64,000 bases of DNA from the NCBI RefSeq assembly GCF_964355755.1, contig NC_092679.1, positions 18,645,432 through 18,709,431 on the forward strand, in the 5' to 3' direction. Shown here piece after piece: positions 37,781-58,408 of the stretch. The notes below the pieces were generated by a model. The model was not told the DNA's origin and searched no databases. It was given only the letters and a program-made list of their open reading frames with translations. The stretch's first letter is position 1. Each line of letters opens with the position of its first letter. Position numbers and translations under genes: made by a program. This stretch comes from Antedon mediterranea (Eukaryota > Animalia > Echinodermata).

Positions 37781-38312
37781 CATGAGGCGCGGTCAATATC
37801 GCCAATTCATTACAAAATAAAGTTTGATATGAACCGTGCGTTTTTCTATGTTTGTAAATGTCGTGTACCCATTCTCTTTTTCTTTTCTTATGTTGTTGAT
37901 AAGCAACATATAGGAGAAGCATCTCATCGTCACTGGAATCACTATCCGCCATTATTGATTGATTGATTAATTAATTGATTATGTGACCTCAAGTATTTTT
38001 AATTAAAATTCAAAATAAAGTGGCAACTTAACATTTGCGAAAATCAAAAACTAATTTATAAATATGTGAGCACATAAATTCTATTATTTTAAGTTTAAGT
38101 CTCCATCTTAAAAAAAAAAAATTGGCAACATTATTGTATAAATTACAAATTATCAATTTGTAACATTGCATAGTAACGTAAGCGTATCACGGTCAACGTC
38201 ATCACCTCCACGACAATCGTTACCAAATCGTTCAAATGTAAACGCGGACCTGTTACGACGACGACACGACAACGACATTCGTGTCGTTATCGTATCTAGT
38301 GTAAATGGCGCT
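37781..38312. mobile_element. ~530-bp insertion in the promoter block of copy 11, unclassified
   Basis: Interrupts the conserved ggttacag...ttattcgtgttt context. The right end ctagtgtaaatggcgct-tta resembles a Tourist/Harbinger terminus; no matching left TIR seen. Confidence 0.45.
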
Positions 38313-39181
38313 TTATTCGTGTTTAATCAAATCTCAATGAATGTCTTGGATACATCAACCATCCATATGCCCAAACCTTCTTTAAAGTAAAACCACTGCT
38401 AATCGACAAGGGTGTGGTGGCCAAAATGTGGTTAGAAGTATATGCGATTACCGGAGTTTTTCCAGGGAATGGGGTAACATGATAAATTTCCATTATCTAA
38501 TATTTTGATATTTACATATTTATTTTCAAAAATCAAGCAAGTATAAAACAAGAGTTAGATTAAACGTTTGATAAAAATATAAATAAATAAATATCTTCAC
38601 GAACTATTTTGTAGAATTTGTTTAATAATTATTCTCCGCAAAAACAATTAAAATAAACATAACAAATTGATTTCCAATAAATGAGATTTACTACTATTTA
38701 TTTACTTAAAGATGTTCCGCCAAAAACATGAAAAATGAAGATTAACAAAAGCAGATTTTGATTAGGCCATTTGGCATTTTTATCAAGTTAATTAATTCTG
38801 TAAAAAAAAGAAAACCAACAAATATTATGATTTTACTTACAAAAAGACAAAATAAATTATTAAATTTAACCAAAAACCCATTGTCTGACAGAATACTTTT
38901 TACTTTAAATTACAGTTATTTTCAGGTAAATAACAATAATAATAATTTTATTTTTCGATCCCATTTTTTTTTGGGAAAAGTGAATATCTAGGCCTAAATG
39001 CGACATTAAAATTACATTACAATTATTTGTTCAGGAGTCAAAATATCTTTAAATTGCCTATACCTAAAGAAATAAATTTACAATGTTGGTACAAAGGCCA
39101 AAAACGAATTATTTATATGTGAATTCAGTAGAATAGGCCTATAGTTTAGTATATTTTAACAGGTTAACTCAGAAATCAACA

Positions 39182-40366
39182 TTAAATTTCAGCCACATTA
39201 TAATAATAGGCTTCCACTTGTTGCGACGACACAGAACTATTGTAAAATTGAACTTCGTCAATCAAGCCATAGAAATAACGATCGTTCCTACCATATGCTG
39301 TTCCAATAATGACTGGGTTAGGATTTATCGGTATAGAACCAGAGCAACAGTCAGACTGACCATATTGCGTTTCTGCATTGACATAAAACGCTAGGTAACT
39401 GCCGTTATAGGTTAAAACCATATGTCGCCACGCTCCAAATTGAACCACAGGCACATATTTAAAGTTACTTTCCAATCGGGTAAAAATTGATACACATAAA
39501 ATATTACTTTTTGAAAGTTTAAGTTCAATTTCACCATCCACACGGTAACCATTATTCAAAATATACTGTTTGTCATCACCTCCTTCCAAACGTTTATACC
39601 ACAAACTAACCGTAAATTCTAATCCAAAATCAAAGTTACTGAACTCATCAACAACAATTCTCTGAGAACCAGTGAAGTTGGCGGCTAATCCACTTACACC
39701 AGTTGTGTAGGTTAAGTCTGTACCATTAGATCTTCCATGGCGTTCATTGCCAGATGTATCATTTATGTCACTCTCGAATGCGTAATAAGCAAGTAAATAC
39801 TGGTTCTCTCCAACCAAGACACTGTCAGTAGTTAAACATTGACTAGTAGACTCATTTTCCTGACCATTAGTTGCGGATTCCGTTTCCATTGTACTGCCAA
39901 CTTCACCTGACGTCATGACAGTATCATTCATCTCGGATTGAGTACTAGACTCATTTTCCAGACCATTAGTTGAGGATTCTGTTACCACCAATGTATTACG
40001 ACCATCTTCATCTGATGTCATATTATCATCCATCTCGCTTTGACGACTAGACTCATTTTCCAGACCACTAGTTGAGGATTCCGTTTCTATTCTATTTGTA
40101 TTATCAACTCCTTCATTTTGATTCTCATTGAATCGGTTAGCCAAACCAAAGCCAATCAGTTGATATTTATTGCAAACATCATCATCCCTTTTAAATTTAA
40201 CATGGGAATATGTAATGCATTTTGAAAGTGAAACCACCTCCAACATACATTTCTCTAGACCATCCAATTTCACCAGTTTTTGGTTGTTTCCACATTTTGT
40301 TTGACGTTTACCATTTACGTCAAAAATTGCAAGAACCACGATCAACGTTAACACGCTGTAATACAT
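39182..40366 (-). CDS. Secreted LamG-like protein, subtype E, copy 12 (394 aa)
   Basis: Intact ORF; same as copy 10 minus two repeats, with patchy LamG differences. Confidence 0.85.
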   Translation of the reverse strand: MYYSVLTLIVVLAIFDVNGKRQTKCGNNQKLVKLDGLEKCMLEVVSLSKCITYSHVKFKRDDDVCNKYQLIGFGLANRFNENQNEGVDNTNRIETESSTSGLENESSRQSEMDDNMTSDEDGRNTLVVTESSTNGLENESSTQSEMNDTVMTSGEVGSTMETESATNGQENESTSQCLTTDSVLVGENQYLLAYYAFESDINDTSGNERHGRSNGTDLTYTTGVSGLAANFTGSQRIVVDEFSNFDFGLEFTVSLWYKRLEGGDDKQYILNNGYRVDGEIELKLSKSNILCVSIFTRLESNFKYVPVVQFGAWRHMVLTYNGSYLAFYVNAETQYGQSDCCSGSIPINPNPVIIGTAYGRNDRYFYGLIDEVQFYNSSVSSQQVEAYYYNVAEI

Positions 40367-41046
40367 AATCTGATAAACAAAAGAATACTGTATGTGAAAA
40401 CTAGCGGTTAATTTGTATTAAAAATAACTGAACAAAACAAACTTCGAACTACGATAATCCAACAGAAGACTTTCTGAATGTGTTAACTTACAATACTGTC
40501 ACCACTACACGAATACACGGGAAAATGATTACAGTTTATTTTGATCAATCTCATTTTATAACTAATCATTCTCTAAAAAAAAAGAAGTAAAACCGATATA
40601 CATTTACATGACAATGCCAGACTACAAAAAGATGATCAACTAGAATTGTGCCAGATTAAAAGTCAATATGAATTAAAGGCAGTTTTCTCTTTTTAATCAA
40701 TATGCAATTTATGACTTTATTTATATACAATAGACGTACCACAGTATCAATGTGTAAACCAGTATTTTAAATATTAGTTTTACTGTGAAATTATAAATGT
40801 ACGAATTGCTCCTTTATATTGCATTTGAAACATTTTACTGAATAATTTTATATATTTTATTATATTTTTGAAAATAAATTAATATGGATTTGACAAATCT
40901 TACAAAATTAAGTTTCTTAAGGTAATGTTTAAATATGTAACAATGAAGATGTCGTTTGAAGGAAACCAACTTTTTGAGTATTTAAAGTTCAAATTATTCA
41001 TACATCAGCATTCGTGTGCTTCTTGTGAGCGGTAAACAACGGTGCT

Positions 41047-42123
41047 TTATTGTTCAGTGATGTTGTAATAGTAGGTTTCTACGTTTTTTGACGACACAAA
41101 ACTATTATAAAATTTTATTTCATCAATCAAGCCATAGAAATAACGTTCGTTGCTGCCTTGTGCTGTTCCAATAACGACTGGGTTAGGATTGATCGGTATA
41201 GGACCAGAGCAACAATCAGACTGACCAGCTTGTATCTCTGCATTGACATAAAACGCTAGGCAACTTCCATTGTAGGTTAAAACCAAATGTCGCCACACTC
41301 CAAATTGAACCACAGAAACATATTTGAATCTAGATTTGATTAAAGTAAAAAGTGATACCAATAAAGTATTAGTACCTAGTTTAAATTCAAATTCACCATC
41401 TTCCCGGAAACCATTATTCAAAATATACTGTTTGTCATCGCCTCGATCACCTCTTTCCAAACGTTTAAACCACAAACTAACCGTAAATTCTGATCCAAAA
41501 TCAAAGTTACTGAACTCATCAACAACAATGCTCTGAGAGCCAGTGAAGTTGGCGGCTAAACCACTTACACCAGTTGTGTATGTTAAGTCTGTACCATTAG
41601 ATCTTCCATGGCGTTCATTGCCAGATGTATCATTTACGTCACTCTCAAACGCGTAATAAGCAAGTAAATACTGGTTCTCTCCAACCAAACCATTGTCATG
41701 GTTGCCACTTTGCGTACTGGACTCAGTTTTCAGACCATTAGTTGACAATTCAGATTCCATTATATGATCTTCACCTGATACATCATCATCCATCTCGAAT
41801 TGAGTACTAGACTCATTTTCCAGTCCATTAGTTGAGGATTCCATACTTTGAAATTCTTCATCTGACGTCATGACATTATTTTGTTGATTTTCATTAAATT
41901 GGTGAGGAGCAACCAGTTGATATTCGTTGCAAACATCATCCACACTCTTTTTAAGAAACTTACATTTAACACTGGAACATATAATGCACTTTGAAAGTGA
42001 AACTACCTCCAACATACATTTCTCTCGATCAGCCAATTTCACTAGTTTTTGGTCGCTTGTACATTTACCGTTTACGGCAAATATTCCAAGAGCTACGATC
42101 AGCGTTAACGAACTGCAATACAT
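41047..42123 (-). CDS. Secreted LamG-like protein, mosaic A/E/B/D/F, copy 13 (358 aa)
   Basis: Intact ORF with A-type N-terminus, ERGDRGDDKQY hybrid loop, D-type loop and F-type C-terminus. Confidence 0.85.
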   Translation of the reverse strand: MYCSSLTLIVALGIFAVNGKCTSDQKLVKLADREKCMLEVVSLSKCIICSSVKCKFLKKSVDDVCNEYQLVAPHQFNENQQNNVMTSDEEFQSMESSTNGLENESSTQFEMDDDVSGEDHIMESELSTNGLKTESSTQSGNHDNGLVGENQYLLAYYAFESDVNDTSGNERHGRSNGTDLTYTTGVSGLAANFTGSQSIVVDEFSNFDFGSEFTVSLWFKRLERGDRGDDKQYILNNGFREDGEFEFKLGTNTLLVSLFTLIKSRFKYVSVVQFGVWRHLVLTYNGSCLAFYVNAEIQAGQSDCCSGPIPINPNPVVIGTAQGSNERYFYGLIDEIKFYNSFVSSKNVETYYYNITEQ

Positions 42124-43148
42124 AATCTAATGAAACAAAGAATAAATGCCGCATACGTGGCAGTTTTCAGTAAATATGAATTTTGTAAAAATAAACTTTT
42201 AAATTAATAATAAATGAACAAAACTAAGTTCTGCATTGACAAAATGTATATAAAAAAAAATAAATCAATGAAGATTTACATATACAAATATACGAATTTT
42301 AAAATAATTAATAGTTGAGAGGCTATCCACATTGAAATGTCTAAATATAAACAAAAATAATGAATGACTGTGCGTTTAAACCAAGGACTAACTAGAAAAT
42401 CTAACAAATGCTTTATAAATATTAGCGATTTATGAAGTTCAGATAAACAGATAAATTACCAAATTTATGAAAATACGATAACTTAGTCGAGGCCTACAGT
42501 ACTTTAAATTAAACCTTAACCAACGTTGTCAATAGGTAAACTAACAAGTACATGTCTGTTTTACTTTGTTGAAAGAATTATGGAACTAACTTACAAATGT
42601 GTAGTATTGATTACTTTCGTAGGTAATAACTTGTTTTGTTTCCTTATGAGTATACTGATATACATTTACATGACAAAATGACAAACACACAAAAAGATTA
42701 TTAACCTCTATTGTGTAAAAATGGAAAAAAATTCGAGCTTTAATTGGTTACAGGCAATGACAATGCTATCTTATTCGTGTTTAATTAAACCTCAATGAGT
42801 GTCAGGTTTTGGATGTATCGACCATCAATCCGCCCAAAGTCCTCTAGAGAAAAACACTGCTACAACAAGGGTGTGGGCTGGTGGTGGACAATGTGGTTAG
42901 AAGTATATGTGATTGCCAGAGTTTTTCTTGGGAATGGGGTAACATGATAAATTTCCATTATTTAACATTTTGATATTTACATTATTTAAAAAAACAAGAG
43001 TTAGATTAAACATTTGATAAAAAAAATAAATAAATAAATATCTTCACAAACTATTTTGTAGAAAAATAACAATACATTCAATAACGCAAAACCAATAATC
43101 ATAAACAACTGATTTCCAATAAATGAGATTTACTATTGATTTACTTAA

Positions 43149-43489
43149 AGATGTATTGTTCCCAAAAAACAAGAAGATTAATAAAAGCAGGTTTTGATTT
43201 AAGGCCATTTGGCATTTTTATCAAGTTAATTACTTCTGTAAAAAAAAAAGAAAACCAACAGATATAATGGTTTTACTTACAAAAAGACAAACAAACTGTT
43301 AAATTTAACCAAAAACCCATTGTCTGACAGAATACTTTTTGCTTTAAATTACAGTTATTTTCAGGTAAATAATAATAATAATAATAGCCTAATAATTTTA
43401 TTTTTCGATCCAATTTTATTGGAAAAGTGAATATCTAAAAGTAACTTTAAACTTTCATTACAATTATTTTTTTGGGGGTCAAAATATCT
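43149..43489. mobile_element. Old TTAA-flanked MITE (paralogous copies beside each minisatellite and at ~38709-39049)
   Basis: TTAA|agatgtattgttccc ... ggggtcaaaatatct|TTAA imperfect TIR; the left end is nearly identical to the terminus of the 29698-31238 element. Confidence 0.55.
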
Positions 43490-43636
43490 TTAAATTGCCT
43501 ATACCTAAAGAAATAAATTTACAATGTTGGTACTAAGGCCAAAAATGAATTATATGTCAATTCAGTAGAGTAGGCCTATAGTTTAGTATACTTAAACAGG
43601 TTAACAAATGATTATGCGTCACTAAAGAAATCAACA

Positions 43637-44398
43637 TTACATTTCACATTATAATAATAGGCTTCCACTTGTTGTGATGTCACAGAACTATTGTAAAATT
43701 GGACTTCGTCAATCAAACCATAAAAATCAGACTGACCAGGTTGTATTTGTGCATATTGACATATACAGCTGCGTCAATGCCGTTGTAGGTTGAAACCAAA
43801 TGTCGCCACACTCCAAATCGAACCGCAGGCTCATACTTAAAGTTATAGTTAGATCAGGTGAGATCTTCCATGGCGTTCATTGCCAGATGTATCATTTACG
43901 TCACCCTCAAATGTGTAATAAGCAAGTAAATAGTCGTTAAACATTGAGTAATAGACACATTTTCTAGACCATTAGTTGCGGATTTAGTTTCCATTGTACT
44001 GCCACCTTCATCTGGAGGATCCCGTTACCACCATTGTATTACGACCATCTTCATCTGACGTCATGTCAGTATCATTCATCTCGGATTGAGTACTAGACTC
44101 ATTTTCCAGACCATTAGTTGAGGATTCCGTTACCGCCATTGTATTACGACCATCTTCATCTGACGTCATGTCAGTATCATCCATCACGGTTTGAGTAATA
44201 GACTCATTTTCCAGTTTATTAGTTGAGGATTCCGTTACCATGATAGGCCTATTTGTATTATCAGCACAATCATCTGATTTTATGGGCCAAGTACGGAGCA
44301 ACAAACTGATATTCATTGGAAAAATTAAAATTAACACTGGGATAGCAAATGCATTTTGTACTAAAGATCAACATACATTTATTGCGACCAGCCATTTT
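43637..44398 (-). pseudogene. C-type pseudogene, copy 14, multiple internal deletions
   Basis: Fragmented B-like LamG 3' end (43637-43845), GN.RHGRS fragment, and acidic repeats (ORF 44008-44337). Confidence 0.8.
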
Positions 44399-44442
44399 AA
44401 CCCGAAAAAGAACTTAATGGGCAGAAAACGCGGCCTTATTAC

Positions 44443-45423
44443 TTATGGTATCCGAGTAATATTATAGTAGTAGGCTTCTACTTGTTGTGACGACACAGAA
44501 CTATTGTAAAACTGGACTTCATCAATCAAGCCATAAAAATAACGTTCGTTGTTGCCATGTGCTGTTCCAATAACGACTGGGTTAGAATTGATCGGTATAG
44601 GACCAGAGCAACAATCAGACTGACCAGATTGTATCTCTGCATTGACATAAAACGCTAGGCAACTTCCATTGTAGGTGAAAACCAAATGTCGCCACACTCC
44701 AAATTGAACCACAGAAACATATTTGAATCTAGATTTGATTAAAGTAAAAAGTGATACCAATAAAGTATTAGTACCTAGTTTAAATTCAAATTCACCATCT
44801 TCCCGGAAACCATTATTCAAAATGAACTGTTGGTTATCACCTCCTTCCAAACGTTTATACCACAAACTAACCGTAAATTCTGATCCAAAATCAAAGTTAC
44901 TGAACTCATTAATAACAATTCTCTGAGAGCCAGTGAAGTTGGCGGCTAAACCACTTATACCAGTTGTGTATGTTAAGTCTGTACCATTAGATCTTCCATG
45001 GCGTCCAATGCCAGATGTATCATTTACGTCACTCTCAAACGCGTAATAAGCAAGTAAATACTGGTTCTCTTCAACCAAGACATTGTCATGGTTGCCAGTT
45101 TGCGTACTGGAACCACCTTCCAGACAATTAGTTGACGATTCTGTTACAATTGTATTCTGACTATTTTCATCTAACGTCACAAAATCAGTAAGTTGATTTT
45201 TATTGAATTCTTGAGCCAAATAAGGAGCATTCACTTTCCCTTTCAGTGACTTAAATCTAAAACTGTGATACCAAATGCATTTTGAAACTACTTTCAAAAT
45301 ACCTTCCTCCCGATCAGCCAATTTCACCAGTTTCTGGTCGTTTCCACATTTTATTTCATGTTGTATTCCATTTACGAGATGTATTTTCAGAACCACGATC
45401 AACGTGAACACGCTGCAATACAT
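44443..45423 (-). CDS. Secreted LamG-like protein, subtype D, copy 15 (326 aa)
   Basis: Intact ORF, paralogue of copy 9 at offset 12698. Confidence 0.85.
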   Translation of the reverse strand: MYCSVFTLIVVLKIHLVNGIQHEIKCGNDQKLVKLADREEGILKVVSKCIWYHSFRFKSLKGKVNAPYLAQEFNKNQLTDFVTLDENSQNTIVTESSTNCLEGGSSTQTGNHDNVLVEENQYLLAYYAFESDVNDTSGIGRHGRSNGTDLTYTTGISGLAANFTGSQRIVINEFSNFDFGSEFTVSLWYKRLEGGDNQQFILNNGFREDGEFEFKLGTNTLLVSLFTLIKSRFKYVSVVQFGVWRHLVFTYNGSCLAFYVNAEIQSGQSDCCSGPIPINSNPVVIGTAHGNNERYFYGLIDEVQFYNSSVSSQQVEAYYYNITRIP

Positions 45424-46609
45424 AATCTAATGAAAAGAATAGTACAGCATAATATGTGGGGTTTTTTCTGTGAGATAAATTTTAAATACAATGTTTTGAC
45501 TGACTATAGGCCTATTAATAATCACTGCACAAATTAATTTTAAAAAATAAATTAAACAATTCGGCAGGATTACCTAGAATTTATCAATTAAATAAAAGTC
45601 GTAAGGGTATCTACATTTTAATGCAACACAAGCACGTAAGGGCAACGCAACTGATTTTACCAATCACAAGAGATTGATTATTCAAACTGTTGCTCATCAT
45701 TGGTCAACTCGCTTGCGTTGCGTTTACGCTCGGACGTCCTCGTGGGAAGAAAGCTTAAATTAAAGACTAACTGGCAAATCAACAGAGCTAAAAAAAAAAT
45801 CATAAGATAATGTTACCGTCTCAACATGAACCAGCTTCTAAAATCGATTGAAATATTTTGTTGTAAACCGTTGTTTAATACCTTTGCAAGAGTATTGAAC
45901 GCCTTGCAGTTATCAGTTAAACTTCTTACAGAATTTTGTTATAACATTTGCGAAAGAATTACAAATTAATACTGTAGTATATACAGTACTACGTATAAAC
46001 AGGCCTAAGTGATTTATTTTGACTGTATGTTTAATTATTAATATTGAATTCTTTCAATTCATCTCGTTCTGTTCCCTCAAAAATTAAACTGATACACATT
46101 TACATGACAAATATGAAAACACAATGGATAGTAAACTATAATTAGTGTGATGCTACTGCTATTGTGCTAAATTAAATCAGTGGAGTTAATTGGTTAAAAG
46201 GCGTATTTAATATCTTTCGATTTCGGCTTGGTTTCCATTTTAATTGCTACGTGTAGCCAACGAAATCTGGAGAAAATATCACAAGCGCTAAGCAATTTGT
46301 CGAAGAACGTTCCGAACTTGATGACCAATAACACACACCAAGTTTAATAAATTACCAGAAATCTATGTCTTAATACACTTCAATGTTTACAATTTATAAA
46401 AAAAAATAAAATGTAGATAGGAAGTAATACGATTTTTAATCTTTCTGATTTAACAAAATGAAATAAGATAAATATTTTGTACGATTATTAAAACAACTTG
46501 TAAATCAGTATCAGTTCTCTCCACAATTGGTAGGTTTTGAATAAACTCCGTCGTCGCACAAAACTAAATGAGAGTCTACGGGAGATAAACAACAGTGCTT
46601 GCTCTATCA

Positions 46610-47555
46610 CTATGGAGTTTGAGTCGTATTGTTATAGTCTTCCACGTTTTGCGACGTCAAAAAAACACTGTAAAATTTGACTTCATCAATCAATCCATAA
46701 TAGAAAAGATCGATCTTGTTTTTTACTGTTCCAATAACGACTGGGTTCGGATTGATCAGTATAGAACCAGAGCAGTCACACTGACCTGATTGCATCTCTC
46801 CATTTACATAAAATGGTGTGTAACTGCTGTTGTACGTTCAAACCACATGTTGCCTCATTCCATATTGAACCATTGGCGTATACAGAAATTTACTAAAATT
46901 AGGATGGGTAAAAATTGATCCATGTACCTTTTTATGACCCATTCTTATTTCAAATTCACCATCATCACAGTACCCATTACTCAAAATGTACTGATAGTTT
47001 TTACCCGATGCAAATTGTTTATACCACAAACTAACCGTAAATTCTGATCCAAAATCAAAGTTACTGAACTCATCAACAACAATGCTCTGAGAGCCAGTGA
47101 AGTTGGCGGCTAAACCACTTACACCAGTTGTGTATGTTAAGTCTGTACCATTAGATCTTCCATGGCGTTCATTGCCTGATGTACTGTATCTTTGACGTCA
47201 CCCTCAAACGGGTAACAAGCAAGTAAATACTGTTTCTCTCCAACCAAGACATTGTCAGTAGTTAAATGATGAGAACTTGACTCATTTTCCAGACCATTAG
47301 TTGAGGATTTCGTCACGACATATCATGTTGATTCTCAATAAATTGGTAAGCCAAGTATGGAGCAACAAGTTGATATTCATTCTTTTCAAGAAACTTTAAA
47401 TTAACACTGGGATACCAAATGCATTTTGTACTAAAGATCAACATACAATTATCGTGATCAGCCAGTTTTCGGTTGTTTCCACATATTATTTGATCTGTAC
47501 CATTTACAACAAATACTTCCAACACCAGGATCAACGTTGAAAAACTGCAATACAT
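46610..47555 (-). pseudogene. Divergent subtype G LamG-like pseudogene, copy 16
   Basis: Collinear fragments 47313-47555, 46838-47029 and 46610-46795, separated by stops and frameshifts. Confidence 0.85.
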
Positions 47556-48380
47556 AATCTAATAAACAAAACAATAAATACTGACTAATGAACAATTGTA
47601 AAAATTAATCTTTTTGATTTGATTATTTTTTACATTTTTGCTAGCATTTAATGCTAAAGTGGAATTATGTTATAGGCATTCAAAAGGAATAAACCTCAGA
47701 GAGAGATGAAAGACCTAATTGACAGAAATACTTGGAACATTTTGTAACACTTACAGTATCAAGGTTTATTTATATATATATAAAACTGACTAATAGACTC
47801 ATTTTCAGACCATTAGTTGAGGATTCCGTCACAACATTATCATGTTGATTCTCATTGTATCTGATATAATAACTAATACAACAAGTAATGATTATTCCTA
47901 CTAACATTTTTATGTTAAAAGGATTTGTGAAAAACATTACTTACAAATATTGTATGATACCAGCCGTCGCAATAAATAGATAAATGATTACTTTTGACAA
48001 TTAAAACATTAATATTGATTACTTTCATGTACAGTAGTATTATTTACATGACAAAATGATGAACACAAAAAGATGATCAATTACTATTGTGTAAAAATGA
48101 ACAATTCCAGATTAAATTGGTGACAGACAATGACAAAGATGGTCGATCTTTATTTGTGTCCCGGTAAATTCAACGAGTGTCAAGTTTTGGGTCAAACATT
48201 GACCATCTATCTGCCCTGACCTCTAAAATAAAACACTATTGTCCTAAAATAGTAGTTTTCTATCTTTTTAAATAGCAGTGACAGGGCAAGATACACATAA
48301 TTTGTTCTTATGACCTTACAGTAAACTTCAACAACCCTAGCCTCACTGAAATCCCTGCCAAGCGGCTCGGGTAATGCAGT

Positions 48381-48480
48381 GTGTGATAGGGGTCTGTAGT
48401 GTGTGATAGGGGTCTGTAGTGTGTGATAGGGGTCTGTATGGTGTGATAGGGGTCTGTATGGTGTGATAGGGGTGTGTAGA
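48381..48480. repeat. 20-bp minisatellite, 5 units
   Basis: gtgtgataggggtctgta(gt/tg) x5. Confidence 0.9.
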
Positions 48481-48939
48481 GCATGGCTAGGGTGCGGTAC
48501 GATATGTAGACCGATAATTTGTGTCACTTGCCGCTGTCTTGCTAAAATACAACATTCTCAACATTTTCCGCCTTTGGTAAGTCGTAAAATACCCATATTT
48601 ACTATACAGTTACCAATATTTTTCAATTTTTTAATAGCGCCGAATTAGCTTAAGGCAATTTTTAAAATATAGCGGCTTCGAAGCTTTCAAAAATCATCCC
48701 GATATTTCATTTTTCCAAGTTGGGAGGTCTGGACACATGTAAAGCAATTAATGTACAATTAGTACTATATATAAAAAAACACATTTATAAAAGTGGTTGA
48801 TATTTGATGTTAATTATAGAGTTTAACTTAGTTTTTTAAATAACATAAAAAGCTATATCACAACCGATAAAAAAAAAACGTTTTACATGAATGTACTACA
48901 ATAGGTTTGGTACACAGTGATACCATTAAACCTGTTAAA

Positions 48940-49100
48940 GCAAAGTTTAAATTCAAATTCACCATCATCGCGGTACCCATTATTATCGACAAACACAGAT
49001 TGCATTCACTTTCTTCAAACTGACAAATTAGTTCAAAAAGTTAAAAGTTATTTATACAAGAATATTCTTTTTTGAGAGCCGGTGAACTTGGCATTTATAC
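48940..49100 (-). pseudogene. Highly decayed relic of the LamG family (copy 17)
   Basis: Minus translation VDNNGYRDDGEFEFKL (~48943-48990) and AKFTGSQ (~49072-49092), in the expected order and roughly the expected spacing. Confidence 0.7.
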
Positions 49101-49457
49101 CATGTGTGGCAAGTATCTCTTCTATGACGATGACAAACCAATGTTGTATCAAAATGGTCTAGTTAATTTTATTACAGGTAGTTACGCAATTATAAACGCT
49201 GCTTTTGAGCCAAAGGTCAACACATATATAAGTTTTGGTGCAATATCAATCCTCCATTTGCAATAGCCTAACCTAAAATAAACCCTCACACACGCTTTGC
49301 TAACAGGTACAGATATGTAGCACGGCTGGTGTGTAAGGTGTGGCTGGGTTATGTACTAGAGTTTATAACTTCTGAAAATTCAAGTATTTAAACACATGTT
49401 TTTAGAGTTTTATACTGAAGTACCCAGATGCTTAATAATATTTCTGAAATGTTCTCA

Positions 49458-49498
49458 CTCCTGAGGACGATCAAAGTATTATTGATCGAAACGTCGAG
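49458..49498 (+). ncRNA. Minimal type I hammerhead ribozyme motif (Penelope-like/retrozyme type)
   Basis: ctc-CTGAGGA-c-gatcaa(agtatta)ttgatc-GAAAC-GTC-gag: intact core, 6-bp stem II, palindromic ACGT stem III and ctc/gag stem I. Confidence 0.75.
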
Positions 49499-49643
49499 AA
49501 ACAGTTCTTTTCAGAACAAGATATATTTGGTGTACCACAAACTTTATATCAACATTTGATTTTGCCAAACCTTCAATTTCAAACAATATATTATTACTGT
49601 ACATACCATTATGCTTCTGTCAAACATTCATTTGTTTACTTTC

Positions 49644-58408
<8,765 letters not shown>

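Noticed and set aside
48207-48527. 106-aa His/Pro-rich ORF
   Set aside because: It is a translation of the 20-bp minisatellite, with no ATG start or other support.
48345-48732. hAT-like element around the 20-bp repeat (ccctgccaa...ttgggaggtctg)
   Set aside because: The TIR match is weak and no TSD was found.
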